From the IMG/VR virus record IMGVR_UViG_3300031952_000004, positions 32,001 to 96,000 of that record: a stretch of 64,000 bases of DNA; one strand, written 5' to 3'. Both the position numbers and the translations under genes were made by a program. The DNA is from a virus. This document shows positions 49,903 through 58,965 of the stretch, piece after piece; positions within the stretch are counted from its first letter, which is position 1, and each line of letters starts with the position of its first letter. Below the pieces are notes generated by a model. The model had not been told where the DNA came from, ran no database searches, and worked only from the letters and a program-made list of their open reading frames with translations.

Positions 49903-50477
49903 TCTTTTTCCTCGAATAGATTATTACAATTTAAACATTTAGCTTCCAAATAAGTAGCACACCTAATTGTAGTACATCCACAAGAATATTTTTTCATCTT
50001 TGTAGGAGCAATTATTGTAAAATGAGTTTTTCTGTATAGTTTAAACGTAACTTCATTAGGTTTAATTTTTTCTATGATTTTCTTTAAATTATCAGATAAA
50101 GAAGTTAATCCCCATCCATGTCTTCCGTCTTTTTCTACGTTTAAACCGTAAATTTCTGCTCTTTCTTTAAATGCTTTATTGTGATATTGTTGTGAATTAC
50201 AATCTTCAATCTTATCACAAGTATTAGAATAATGTACCATTTCATGAACTAAAGTTTCGATAGGATTATTATTTAATTCTTCTGCACAAATATTAATTTC
50301 ACTAATAGTTTGTTTACCTCGTTCCCATTTATTTTCCCAATGCCAACCAAGAACTTTTTGTCTACCTTTGGATTGAATGGTAATAATAGGTCTAGGATAT
50401 TTTAATTTAAATTCAATAGCTAGAGCATCATAGATTCTTTCTAATTCTTTAATAACTGGTATAATTGAATTATTCAT
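49899..50477 (-). CDS. SprT-like zinc metalloprotease domain protein
   Basis: TLVHEMVH...YHNKAFK; C-terminal CxC/CxxC. Confidence 0.75.
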   Translation of the reverse strand: MNNSIIPVIKELERIYDALAIEFKLKYPRPIITIQSKGRQKVLGWHWENKWERGKQTISEINICAEELNNNPIETLVHEMVHYSNTCDKIEDCNSQQYHNKAFKERAEIYGLNVEKDGRHGWGLTSLSDNLKKIIEKIKPNEVTFKLYRKTHFTIIAPTKMKKYSCGCTTIRCATYLEAKCLNCNNLFEEKE

Positions 50478-50712
50478 TTTTCTTTTTATAAGTAGGAAAT
50501 ATACTGGGGAATTTTTTTCGTGCTATTCTCAATGCGATTAATCCCTGACATTTATGAATAGCTTCTGCAAATTCTTCTTTTTCAGAAGGATGTTGTTCTT
50601 CCAATTTAACAAAAGAATTATATGATTTAGTTAAATAATCCAATACTTGTTTTTCTAATTTAGTCAATTTTACTTTCTCCTTTTTCTCTAATAATATAAG
50701 TAAAGTACGCAA
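50470..50712 (-). CDS. small hypothetical protein
   Basis: QHPSEKEEF...IH...LRIAR; true start probably near 50667. Confidence 0.55.
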   Translation of the reverse strand: MRTLLILLEKKEKVKLTKLEKQVLDYLTKSYNSFVKLEEQHPSEKEEFAEAIHKCQGLIALRIARKKFPSIFPTYKKKNE

Positions 50713-51349
50713 ACCAATAATCTCTGTTAAAATTTGCTATGGAATTACAGCTCTTACATGTAGTTATTAAATTCTCCTCTGCACAATGTTCTTTATTATA
50801 ATCTATGTGATGTACAGTATTTCCCTTCTTATTACATCTTTGGCAAGTATAATTATCTCTTTTTAGAATTAATGTTTTTAATTCATCATCAAATTCAAAT
50901 GGATAAGGCAAATTACTTATTCCTTCTTGCCAATTGGGATGATTTTTACCTTTAAATAAAATAGGTTGCAAATTAGTCCAATAACATTCTTGACATCTCG
51001 TTGATTGCCAACTAATCAATTTTTTACAATCCACGCAGTAGTTAGATTTAGTAGAACGCCCATCAATATAATTATGAACATTTTCAGGATTTTTAAAAAA
51101 CTCTTTCATAGATTTACTATTAGCACAACCTCTGCATCTTCCTTGACCGTAATATCCCGATTGATATGTAATTTCTTTTTTACAATCTACACAATAGTAT
51201 TTTTTCATGGTTCTACCATCTATCAATCTACGTTGATTCTTTTGAGTCGCACAAGAACCACATTTGTTTGCATAATCGCAGATTAATTTTCCACAATCCA
51301 TGCAATGGTGATTTTTGATATAATGCTTTTTATATAATTTTACTTTCAT
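50660..51349 (-). CDS. HNH homing endonuclease, family B
   Basis: CxxC repeats; RDNYTCQRC...VHHIDYNK...NLITTCKSCN...RDYW. Confidence 0.8.
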   Translation of the reverse strand: MKVKLYKKHYIKNHHCMDCGKLICDYANKCGSCATQKNQRRLIDGRTMKKYYCVDCKKEITYQSGYYGQGRCRGCANSKSMKEFFKNPENVHNYIDGRSTKSNYCVDCKKLISWQSTRCQECYWTNLQPILFKGKNHPNWQEGISNLPYPFEFDDELKTLILKRDNYTCQRCNKKGNTVHHIDYNKEHCAEENLITTCKSCNSIANFNRDYWFAYFTYIIREKGESKID

Positions 51350-52796
51350 TATTTTCTCTAATAATATTTATCTGTTTTACATTTTCTAATTCAGTATTTA
51401 TATCTTGTTTAACTATGATAAATTGAAATCCTAAAGTTTTTAACATATCTACTAATTGTTTAAAATTTTTATTGTCAATTACGTTCATTCCATCGTCACA
51501 AAGTATGACTCCATTAGTTATATTTTTCTGATAAAGAATTCCCAATTTAAAAATAATATTTAAAAAACAACATTGACCACTACTTAATTGAGAATATTTT
51601 AATAATTGACTATTATCCATAATTAATAAAAAATCTTTATCTGCAACAAATTTAACAGATATGTTAATGGACTGTAATAAATTATTAATTATTATTTGTA
51701 ACGATTCTAACCATGTTTTGATATATACGCCAGCAAATAAATCAAGTATTTTTATTGCTTCATCATAGATAACAATATCTGCTTTTGTGTATTTATAATC
51801 CTTAAACTGAAAAGCTCCTTTTAATCTTATTAATTTTTCTCTTGCTTTACCTTCTTTATTACGAAGAGCTGACAAAGTATCATCATAATATTCTATAGAT
51901 TCTTCTTCAGATTCTAATTGTTTTTTATATTGTTCTATAGTATGGTTTAATTGTTCTATTTCTTGGTACACTCCTGTTTTATCGGGTTTATTCTTTGGAG
52001 TAATCTTCTCGCATTTCGTCTTGAGAACAGGACATATACCTTCATCTACCTTTTTCATTTCTTGCTGTTTGTAATAAATAATTTTTTCTCTACTTTGTAT
52101 TTCGCTTCTAAGAGAATTAATAATTCCTTGTTGTATACCTTTTTCTTTTTCTAATTTTAAAAAATCATTTTTCATCTCATTTAATGAAGCGATTAACAAG
52201 TCTAATCGCTTCACCGAAAGATAGTGTTTATATAATTTCTTATCTATCGAATATCGTTCTCTTTCTACTTTTTTGGCTAATAATTTAGTTCTTATTTCGG
52301 TAAAATAAGATTCGATAAAATTCATTAAAGATTTCCTGAGCGATACAATACCTAAATCTAATGTATTTATTCCATTTTTTAAATCGCAACATCTATATTG
52401 TCTAAAAAAATTAATATCTCCGAAAGTTTCGTTTATTAAATTTTGTTTAATACTTGCTGTGTTTGCTTGAATTTCTTTTTCATTAAGGAAAATCTGTAAT
52501 TCAGAAGGTATTTTTCTTATTATTCTGTAATTTTCGTTGTTATTGGTTATTTCTAAAGTAACTGAACTTTCTTTTTCTCCAAATCTTATAAGGTCAACTA
52601 ATTTTAATCCTTCCTCTACATATCCGTAGAGGCAGAATAAAATAGCACGCAATACTAATGTAGATTTTCCGCTACCATTTCCTGATTCTGAAGGACTGTC
52701 CAAATTTTTCCCAGAAATAATATTAATCTTATCAAAATCAACCTGAGCTGATTTGATAAGTTGGAGGTTTTGTATTTTTAAGGATTTTATAATCAT
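51330..52796 (-). CDS. sbcC: SbcC/Rad50 (gp46-like) recombination ATPase
   Basis: Walker A NGSGKS, coiled coil with CPV hook, signature LSSGQ, Walker B ILCDD. Confidence 0.85.
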   Translation of the reverse strand: MIIKSLKIQNLQLIKSAQVDFDKINIISGKNLDSPSESGNGSGKSTLVLRAILFCLYGYVEEGLKLVDLIRFGEKESSVTLEITNNNENYRIIRKIPSELQIFLNEKEIQANTASIKQNLINETFGDINFFRQYRCCDLKNGINTLDLGIVSLRKSLMNFIESYFTEIRTKLLAKKVERERYSIDKKLYKHYLSVKRLDLLIASLNEMKNDFLKLEKEKGIQQGIINSLRSEIQSREKIIYYKQQEMKKVDEGICPVLKTKCEKITPKNKPDKTGVYQEIEQLNHTIEQYKKQLESEEESIEYYDDTLSALRNKEGKAREKLIRLKGAFQFKDYKYTKADIVIYDEAIKILDLFAGVYIKTWLESLQIIINNLLQSINISVKFVADKDFLLIMDNSQLLKYSQLSSGQCCFLNIIFKLGILYQKNITNGVILCDDGMNVIDNKNFKQLVDMLKTLGFQFIIVKQDINTELENVKQINIIRENNESKII

Positions 52797-52797
52797 C

Positions 52798-53073
52798 TTA
52801 TCTAAAATAATATTCGGTTAAAAATTTAAATTCTTTTTTCTTATTTTTGTATCGTTTATCTATTAAAGCACAAATAATGTCATAGGTATAATCATAATTT
52901 CTTCCTAATTTAAATTTACAAATAAAGTAATGACCTAATTCATGTACAATTGTTTCTATTTTATCTTTTAAAGATAATTTCTTTTGAATTCTAATAGTAT
53001 TATTTAAATAGTCATAAACCCCTATAAATTTATTCCCCTGCCAAACATCTTTTACGAACTTTATTTTAAACAT
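52798..53073 (-). CDS. small HExxH metallopeptidase-like protein (IrrE/ImmA-like)
   Basis: ETIVHELGH. Confidence 0.6.
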   Translation of the reverse strand: MFKIKFVKDVWQGNKFIGVYDYLNNTIRIQKKLSLKDKIETIVHELGHYFICKFKLGRNYDYTYDIICALIDKRYKNKKKEFKFLTEYYFR

Positions 53074-53605
53074 TTTCTATTTTTTCTATAAAATAATATC
53101 CATCTCTTATTAAAGTTACATAAGATAATTTACAAACTTCTCTTGCGTCAAAAGGAGCAGTAATTATATGAATTCCATTCTTTGATAAATGAGATTCTTT
53201 GATAATACCATTGAAGTTTCCAATTATAGTATGAACTTCCTCAATTTCAGTTCTAGTATTTGCGTCTACATCAAACATAAAATTATTTTCTGCTTTACAT
53301 TCGGGTTGTAATAATGCTGTTTTCCAAAGAGAATCAATACAGCCATCAAATTGCGAGGTTTCTATAAGTTTATGTAACATCCAGATTCTTGCTTTTTTAG
53401 TATCTCTTGCATTAACTGTATGATGAATTGTCCAAATTCCACCTAATTTTTTACATTTTTCTCTTAATAAAAATAAATCTAAATTATAATCATTAATAAT
53501 TACTCTAATACATTCGTTAGTTAAATTGGGATTATTTTTTCTTCTTCTAAAAGCTAATAATAAATGTACCATATTTCTTATAGGTCTATCTTCATGATTT
53601 GCCAT
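53066..53605 (-). CDS. hypothetical phage protein
   Basis: RRKNN, VNARD, FDVD, SKNGIHIIT..FD motifs; function not recognised. Confidence 0.6.
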   Translation of the reverse strand: MANHEDRPIRNMVHLLLAFRRRKNNPNLTNECIRVIINDYNLDLFLLREKCKKLGGIWTIHHTVNARDTKKARIWMLHKLIETSQFDGCIDSLWKTALLQPECKAENNFMFDVDANTRTEIEEVHTIIGNFNGIIKESHLSKNGIHIITAPFDAREVCKLSYVTLIRDGYYFIEKIENV

Positions 53606-54001
53606 TTATTCGACCTCTTTTTGTAAAATTTCCGTAATTTTAGGGTCTATTTTTTGATTATTTAAATAATTCTTAAAACTTTCCTTAAAAGAAGTCATTT
53701 CGGTACGTATACTTTTTTCGGTACTATCCGAAATAACTTCAAACGATGTTTCATACTTAAATGTCGCAAATTTTGTATCATAATTACGACATAAAGGAAG
53801 AAATTCTCTATAACTTTCAAAATCAAGGATTTTGACTTTAACTTTGGTATTTGGTGGTAATTTATCTAAATAAGTTTGACATTGAGCTAAATTTAAGGCA
53901 TTTTTGCCCTGTTTTAGCCCCGTAGAGCTACTTTTTTTAGTTAAAGCATCATTCTTACTACCTTCAATTTGATTGTTTTTATCTAAGTCGTTGTCTGACA
54001 T
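53606..54001 (-). CDS. probable C-terminal fragment of the SbcD/Mre11 nuclease
   Basis: GGGAG SD inside the HNH gene plus ATG 54001; KVKVKI...FKNYL...ITEILQ resembles a gp47 capping/Rad50-binding region. Confidence 0.5.
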   Translation of the reverse strand: MSDNDLDKNNQIEGSKNDALTKKSSSTGLKQGKNALNLAQCQTYLDKLPPNTKVKVKILDFESYREFLPLCRNYDTKFATFKYETSFEVISDSTEKSIRTEMTSFKESFKNYLNNQKIDPKITEILQKEVE

Positions 54002-54480
54002 ATAGTTAAGTTCTCCCATTTGGGTTTTATATATTTCAAACCTATTTCTATCATTTCCTCATATGTTAAAATATTACTTTTCATCGTATTACAAATTCTG
54101 CAAGCCCATACAATATTATCAATAGTATATCCTAATTTTGGATTTTTCTTATCAACTTGAAGACTATATTTTCCTTTTATTTCTTTAAATATTTTTTCAG
54201 AAATTCCACAATATGTACATTTATGGGGTTCATTCCAAAATTTTCTAAATTCTTTTAAAGTACAATATTTTTTGTTTAATTTTTCTGACCTTAATCTTAA
54301 TGCACCCCATCTCAGTTTAGCATAATCTGGAATTGTTTTTGTTCTTCGTATTAAATTTAATTTCCTATAAATAATTCTATGACAATCATTAGAACAATAT
54401 ATTTTTTTAGATATACTTGTTAAAAATTCTTTTTTACAAATTGGACAAATTTTGGATTGCAATTCTTTTTTAATATACAT
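53983..54480 (-). CDS. HNH-type endonuclease inserted between the SbcD halves
   Basis: CPIC...YCS..C; CTYCG...LQVDKKN..LGY..DNIVWAC..CN..K. Confidence 0.75.
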   Translation of the reverse strand: MYIKKELQSKICPICKKEFLTSISKKIYCSNDCHRIIYRKLNLIRRTKTIPDYAKLRWGALRLRSEKLNKKYCTLKEFRKFWNEPHKCTYCGISEKIFKEIKGKYSLQVDKKNPKLGYTIDNIVWACRICNTMKSNILTYEEMIEIGLKYIKPKWENLTICQTTT

Positions 54481-54481
54481 A

Positions 54482-55099
54482 TTATTCCTTACTAAGTTCA
54501 ATCTGTACCATAGGGATAGGAGTTTTAAGAGGTATGAAATCAACCTTTTCTTGAGAAGTATTATAATTAGTAATCAAAGCCACTAATTTATATTTATCTT
54601 TGGCTTCATCAAAATTAACAAAACGACAACTTCCTAAATGTATTATATTAGGGTCAAAAGAATGTAAATGTCCCAAAAAAATAAGCAAATAATAATTTTT
54701 TAAATCTTTTATAGATATTTTAGCACCATAATTTTTAGAAGATTCTTTTACAGAAAAATGTCCACAATAAAGATGATTTTCATCTCTAATTTCTTTTACT
54801 ATAGTAACGTTAGGAGAAAGTATTCCATAAATATCTACAGAAGATAACTCTAATGTTTCACTTTCATGACTTTGTGCAGCCAGCAAAATAATTTTTCTAT
54901 TTCCTAATTTCCGAATAAACCTCCCTAAACAATTAAGTTCGGAAGCAGTTGGTTTATTGTTATCAAAATTATCGCCTAAACTAATTATATGAGTAACAGA
55001 ATATTTATTACATAATTCTACAATTTCTTGTAAAATTATTTCACATTCTTTTAAATTATTTTGGTTTATGTGTAAATCCCCAAAAATTAAATAAGTCAT
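54482..55099 (-). CDS. sbcD: SbcD/Mre11 (gp47-like) nuclease, phosphoesterase domain
   Basis: GDLH, GDNFD, SHE, GH, LGHLH, LGS...FDE; upstream of sbcC. Confidence 0.75.
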   Translation of the reverse strand: MTYLIFGDLHINQNNLKECEIILQEIVELCNKYSVTHIISLGDNFDNNKPTASELNCLGRFIRKLGNRKIILLAAQSHESETLELSSVDIYGILSPNVTIVKEIRDENHLYCGHFSVKESSKNYGAKISIKDLKNYYLLIFLGHLHSFDPNIIHLGSCRFVNFDEAKDKYKLVALITNYNTSQEKVDFIPLKTPIPMVQIELSKE

Positions 55100-55828
55100 C
55101 TAGTTCTCCATAATATAAGTAAAATAAACATACCAATAGTCTCTGCCAGTATTGGTTTTATTATGACATTTATGACATAAGGTAATTAAATTATCTTCCT
55201 TACAATTTTTTTTATTATAATCAATATGATGAATTGAAAGTTTTTTCTTTAAATCTTTTAATTCTTGTGTTTGCGTTTTGTTACATAACTGACATTTGTG
55301 GCTGTCTCTTTTAAGAATCTTAGTTTTTAATTTTTCATTCCATTGTTGATTATATGGTTCTTTGCCATTTCCATCAATATACATTGGATTTTTCTTTCCT
55401 AATTTATGGAAGCGTTCATTACAAGACTTACAACGTTTAACTTTGTAGGATTTGGCTCTATTTCCACAATCAATACAGATAGATTTACCGCCAGTCCATG
55501 TAGGCGAATTAATCCCCATTAATAATTTTAATATTGGAGAATCATTATAACATTGTTTATTACAATAATTATGTTGATTATGTTTTAATTGATATGGATA
55601 AATTAATATAGATTTTTTACAAGTAAAACATTTAACTCTTATCAATCCTTTATAACTCGGATTTGATTTCCCACTTAATGTTTTTACATAACACTTTTGA
55701 CATCTTTTTGATTTATAAATAGATTTTGCATTTCCGCATTTGCAGAAATATTTTTTCATTGTTCTACCATCTTTATAAGATGGATTATTTTTCCCTACAT
55801 TAATATGATAACCCTTACGAGTATTCAT
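55100..55828 (-). CDS. HNH homing endonuclease, family B
   Basis: RDSHKCQLC...IHHIDYNKKN...NLITLCHKCH...RDYW. Confidence 0.8.
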   Translation of the reverse strand: MNTRKGYHINVGKNNPSYKDGRTMKKYFCKCGNAKSIYKSKRCQKCYVKTLSGKSNPSYKGLIRVKCFTCKKSILIYPYQLKHNQHNYCNKQCYNDSPILKLLMGINSPTWTGGKSICIDCGNRAKSYKVKRCKSCNERFHKLGKKNPMYIDGNGKEPYNQQWNEKLKTKILKRDSHKCQLCNKTQTQELKDLKKKLSIHHIDYNKKNCKEDNLITLCHKCHNKTNTGRDYWYVYFTYIMEN

Positions 55829-56098
55829 CTAAGCGTTTCCTATTTGTTCTACTTCTTTATTAATAATTTTATTTTTTATTTTTTCACGTTTATCTTTTTG
55901 AATTTGCGTCTTAGGATTTCTGTTCCAAATTTTTCTTGAATTTGAATAAATATCACATGCTTGATTACATTTAGTACAAATATAATAACAAGTACCTATT
56001 ATCATATTCTTAGGATTATCTCCAAAAAAATCGGGAGACATACTAATTTTTACTTTAGCATTACAACATAAAGATTTTAAATTATTTTTCTTTTTCAT
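55829..56098 (-). CDS. small Cys-rich hypothetical protein
   Basis: GGAGG SD before ATG 56098; SLCCNA...YICTKCNQAC. Confidence 0.6.
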   Translation of the reverse strand: MKKKNNLKSLCCNAKVKISMSPDFFGDNPKNMIIGTCYYICTKCNQACDIYSNSRKIWNRNPKTQIQKDKREKIKNKIINKEVEQIGNA

Positions 56099-56240
56099 TA
56101 TCGAATCCTCCAAATATGTCTTTAAAAAAATCAGGAATATTCTTATCTTGACATTTAGCACATAATCCATTTTTAAGTGCGGTAAAATTATTACATTTTT
56201 TACAACAATCTAGATAAAAGACATCTTCGTTATAAGGCAT
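56082..56240 (-). CDS. small zinc-ribbon protein (52 aa)
   Basis: MPYNEDVFYLDCCKKC...GLCAKC; read by eye. Confidence 0.5.
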   Translation of the reverse strand: MPYNEDVFYLDCCKKCNNFTALKNGLCAKCQDKNIPDFFKDIFGGFDNEKEK

Positions 56241-56805
56241 CTTTTCCTTTTTCGTCGTTTTCTATAGTTTTTTTGAAATAAACATTAGCAGATTTATGAT
56301 AAATAATAATTCCTTCGGGATTCGCAAATCTAGTTGAAGATGAAGCATAACTTCCTGTATTTTTTAAATTAGTCAAAACGTTTTCTATTTGAAAAGTATC
56401 AAATATTCCTTCATAAAGAATAGGTACGACATAACAACATTCAGGACAGTATTCTTGTTTATCTTTTAGAGGAATATCTTTATCTTTTATCCACCTACTA
56501 ACATTAAATAAAGAAAATCTTTTTTCTTGTAAATTATACCCTCTTTGTATTTCCTTGCCCCAAAACTCTCCATAATGATAACCTTTACCTAATTTTAATA
56601 ATTCTTCTTTATTATCCATTACCCAATGCCAAAATCCATGATTATCGTTATGGTCGTCTAACCATTTATTTTTACTTCCTGCATAAATATTATTATTTTC
56701 ATCAATAAAGATAAGTCCGCATGTGCCATCAATTTTTTCTGTAATAATAATATCTCTACTTAATCTTGGTATTTTAGGGAATCCTCTAAATTCTGGTAAT
56801 ATCAT
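56230..56805 (-). CDS. RNA ligase (nucleotidyltransferase domain)
   Basis: TEKIDGT, GEFWG, FSLFN, PEGII, FKK. Confidence 0.8.
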   Translation of the reverse strand: MILPEFRGFPKIPRLSRDIIITEKIDGTCGLIFIDENNNIYAGSKNKWLDDHNDNHGFWHWVMDNKEELLKLGKGYHYGEFWGKEIQRGYNLQEKRFSLFNVSRWIKDKDIPLKDKQEYCPECCYVVPILYEGIFDTFQIENVLTNLKNTGSYASSSTRFANPEGIIIYHKSANVYFKKTIENDEKGKDAL

Positions 56806-57104
56806 TTGATTTCCTTTTTTCTAGGAGAAGAATTATAAATATTCATAATTTCTTCAGTAACTTTATTTAAATTTTGTAATCTTAATTCAAATATTTTATC
56901 CATAATCATTTTACATGTAGGGCAAATTTGTTTTATTTCTTTCTCTACATACTTTATATAACATTCGTAAGCACTATAATAATCATTTATATTTTCATAT
57001 TTCTTAGGGTCTGGAGAAGGATTTTCTGGAGAAGAACTATATAATGTATGAAAATTATTTTCTTTTAGGGGTTGCGAACACAAATCGCAATAATTTACAA
57101 GCAT
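56802..57104 (-). CDS. hypothetical zinc-binding protein
   Basis: CDLC...CPTC. Confidence 0.6.
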   Translation of the reverse strand: MLVNYCDLCSQPLKENNFHTLYSSSPENPSPDPKKYENINDYYSAYECYIKYVEKEIKQICPTCKMIMDKIFELRLQNLNKVTEEIMNIYNSSPRKKEIK

Positions 57105-57114
57105 CGTTTCTCCT

Positions 57115-57486
57115 TTATAATCTACGTCTAATACTGTTTGGTAAAATAGAATTGATTGTGTATAATATTATATTAGGTTTTTTAAAATGAGATAATCCTC
57201 TACATCTATAGGGATAATATTTATAAATTTGCCACCATAAATCTATCATACAAATTAATGCTAAAATACTAGAAATCATAATAAAGAAATCTTTAATAAT
57301 AAATCCATATCCTAATTTCACAAAATCATTTATTAAAGCAAAATTAATGAAACGCCTCGACATAGATTTAGCGGATTTTACTTTTTGAATTTTACGTGCT
57401 TGAATAGAATATTTTAAAGCATCGAATATGCTAGTAATTACTAATAATCCACCTAAAATATCTTTTAAAGTTATATAATTAAACAT
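57115..57486 (-). CDS. PQ-loop/SemiSWEET-like small membrane protein
   Basis: three TM segments; QARKIQKVKSAKSMS loop. Confidence 0.55.
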   Translation of the reverse strand: MFNYITLKDILGGLLVITSIFDALKYSIQARKIQKVKSAKSMSRRFINFALINDFVKLGYGFIIKDFFIMISSILALICMIDLWWQIYKYYPYRCRGLSHFKKPNIILYTINSILPNSIRRRL

Positions 57487-57652
57487 TCCATTCCCTGCCT
57501 TTTTTTAATCCTGGTTTAAAATTATTAAAAATACATTTCATTTTTTCTTTCCCTGATTTAAGAATAACTTTTTTCCAAAAAATACAAGCTGGGCACATAA
57601 CTTCGGAGGTTTCTTCTATTTCTATTTTCCATCTGGGACAATATTTTAACAT
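57479..57652 (-). CDS. small Cys-containing protein (57 aa)
   Basis: MLKYCPRW...CPACIFW; read by eye. Confidence 0.45.
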   Translation of the reverse strand: MLKYCPRWKIEIEETSEVMCPACIFWKKVILKSGKEKMKCIFNNFKPGLKKGREWNV

Positions 57653-57662
57653 TTTTTATCAC

Positions 57663-57693
57663 TTTTGGGAGAGTGCGGTTTCCCAACACTCTC
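57663..57693 (-). terminator. hairpin followed by CCAAAA
   Basis: GAGAGTG-TTGGGAAACCG-CACTCTC-CCAAAA on the minus strand. Confidence 0.55.
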
Positions 57694-57700
57694 ATTTTTA

Positions 57701-57874
57701 TTACTTTTTGGGAGGTTGTTGTTCTTCTTTTCTAACGCCACCCATTTGATTTGTTCTAATCGAAACCAATAACTTTAAAATTATTCTCATAACCTTTACT
57801 AATTTAGCTATATCACTAATTTCTTCTTTACAAATAGCTTCGTAATCGTCGAATGCACCTTTAGCTGTAATCAC
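57701..57874 (-). CDS. small hypothetical protein (57 aa, GTG start)
   Basis: AAGGAGG SD before GTG 57874; 3' part of track ORF 57701..58057. Confidence 0.55.
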   Translation of the reverse strand: MITAKGAFDDYEAICKEEISDIAKLVKVMRIILKLLVSIRTNQMGGVRKEEQQPPKK

Positions 57875-57900
57875 TTTATTTTCCTCCTTTTTTATATTTA

Positions 57901-57993
57901 TTATTTCTTTGTTACATTCAGATAGACGTATGCTGCCATTCCTCCTATTACTATTCCTAATATTAAACCTAATATCAGACCTAATATGAACAT
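57901..57993 (-). CDS. 30-aa single-TM peptide
   Basis: AAGGAGG SD; MFILGLILGLILGIVIGGMAAYVYLNVTKK. Confidence 0.5.
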   Translation of the reverse strand: MFILGLILGLILGIVIGGMAAYVYLNVTKK

Positions 57994-58049
57994 TATTTTC
58001 ATCCTCCTTTTTAATTTGATTAAATTTATCTTGTAATTTTTCTTGCCAA

Positions 58050-58616
58050 TTATTCATCTTTTAATCCGTATAATGATAACAATAAAGAATCTGTAATGTT
58101 ATCGTCTGTTTCTTTCGTATTGAATATATTATTTATCCAATCTATAATTTCTTTTTTCTTTTCAACTTTTTTAGTATCTCTTTTTAATTGAGATTTAAAT
58201 CCTACTTCCTTTCTAGCAGTTATTGCGAATACTATTTTTATAGTTTCGAACGAATCATATAATTCAGAAAAACAGATTCCGCACATAGCCTTTAATTGAC
58301 CGAAAGAATAACTATTAAATCCCAAATAAGAATTTTCTAATACTAATATAGAATTCTTCTTAGGTTTTATTTTTAATTTAAATTCTCTTATAAATTTTAG
58401 CATAAATTCTAATTTTTCAATATATTTTTCTGATTTTTCGTCGTCTTTATTTAAAATAGGTATTCTAAAAATAAAAGTACTAATACTTAAAGTTTTATTA
58501 TTGGTTTCTAAAATAGATAAACCTGTTGTACTAGCAATATCTACCCCCAAAACGTATGAATTTCTTTTAATTTTAAATCCTAATTTTTTTTCAATGTCTT
58601 TAATTTTAAAGTTCAT
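58050..58616 (-). CDS. ruvC: RuvC-like Holliday junction resolvase
   Basis: VLGVD...TG, LVLE, DNITDS acidic motifs. Confidence 0.75.
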   Translation of the reverse strand: MNFKIKDIEKKLGFKIKRNSYVLGVDIASTTGLSILETNNKTLSISTFIFRIPILNKDDEKSEKYIEKLEFMLKFIREFKLKIKPKKNSILVLENSYLGFNSYSFGQLKAMCGICFSELYDSFETIKIVFAITARKEVGFKSQLKRDTKKVEKKKEIIDWINNIFNTKETDDNITDSLLLSLYGLKDE

Positions 58617-58752
58617 TTAAATATCTCTCCATAAAATATAGTTTATTTCCTATTTCTATTATAGAATAAAATCTATAACCATTCATTGTATAAGTATCTA
58701 TTTCCCATTCATCCCAGATTTTTATTTCTATTGTAAAATTATTTTGTGCCAT
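58606..58752 (-). CDS. small hypothetical protein (48 aa)
   Basis: fills the gap; coupled to its neighbours; read by eye. Confidence 0.4.
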   Translation of the reverse strand: MAQNNFTIEIKIWDEWEIDTYTMNGYRFYSIIEIGNKLYFMERYLNEL

Positions 58753-58965
58753 TTATTCTTGTAAAAAAGTAATTATGGAATTATGATGTAATCCATATTT
58801 ATCTAATAATTGCATGAAAGAATCTTTAACATAAGCTGGAGAGTTTCCCATTATTTTTCTTTGTTCATTTTCTGCTTGCATACCCATTGCTTCTATTATC
58901 GCACACGCTATTTGAGAATTTAAATAGGCTACTTTATCCATTTTAAACCTCCTTATAAGGCACAT
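58753..58965 (-). CDS. small hypothetical protein
   Basis: IEAMGMQAEN..R...G.SPAY; true start probably 58941. Confidence 0.55.
   Translation of the reverse strand: MCLIRRFKMDKVAYLNSQIACAIIEAMGMQAENEQRKIMGNSPAYVKDSFMQLLDKYGLHHNSIITFLQE

Noticed and set aside
57701-58057. Single 118-aa gene as in the ORF track
   Set aside because: Two strong AAGGAGG sites support a 30-aa TM peptide (57993) and a GTG-start gene (57874) instead
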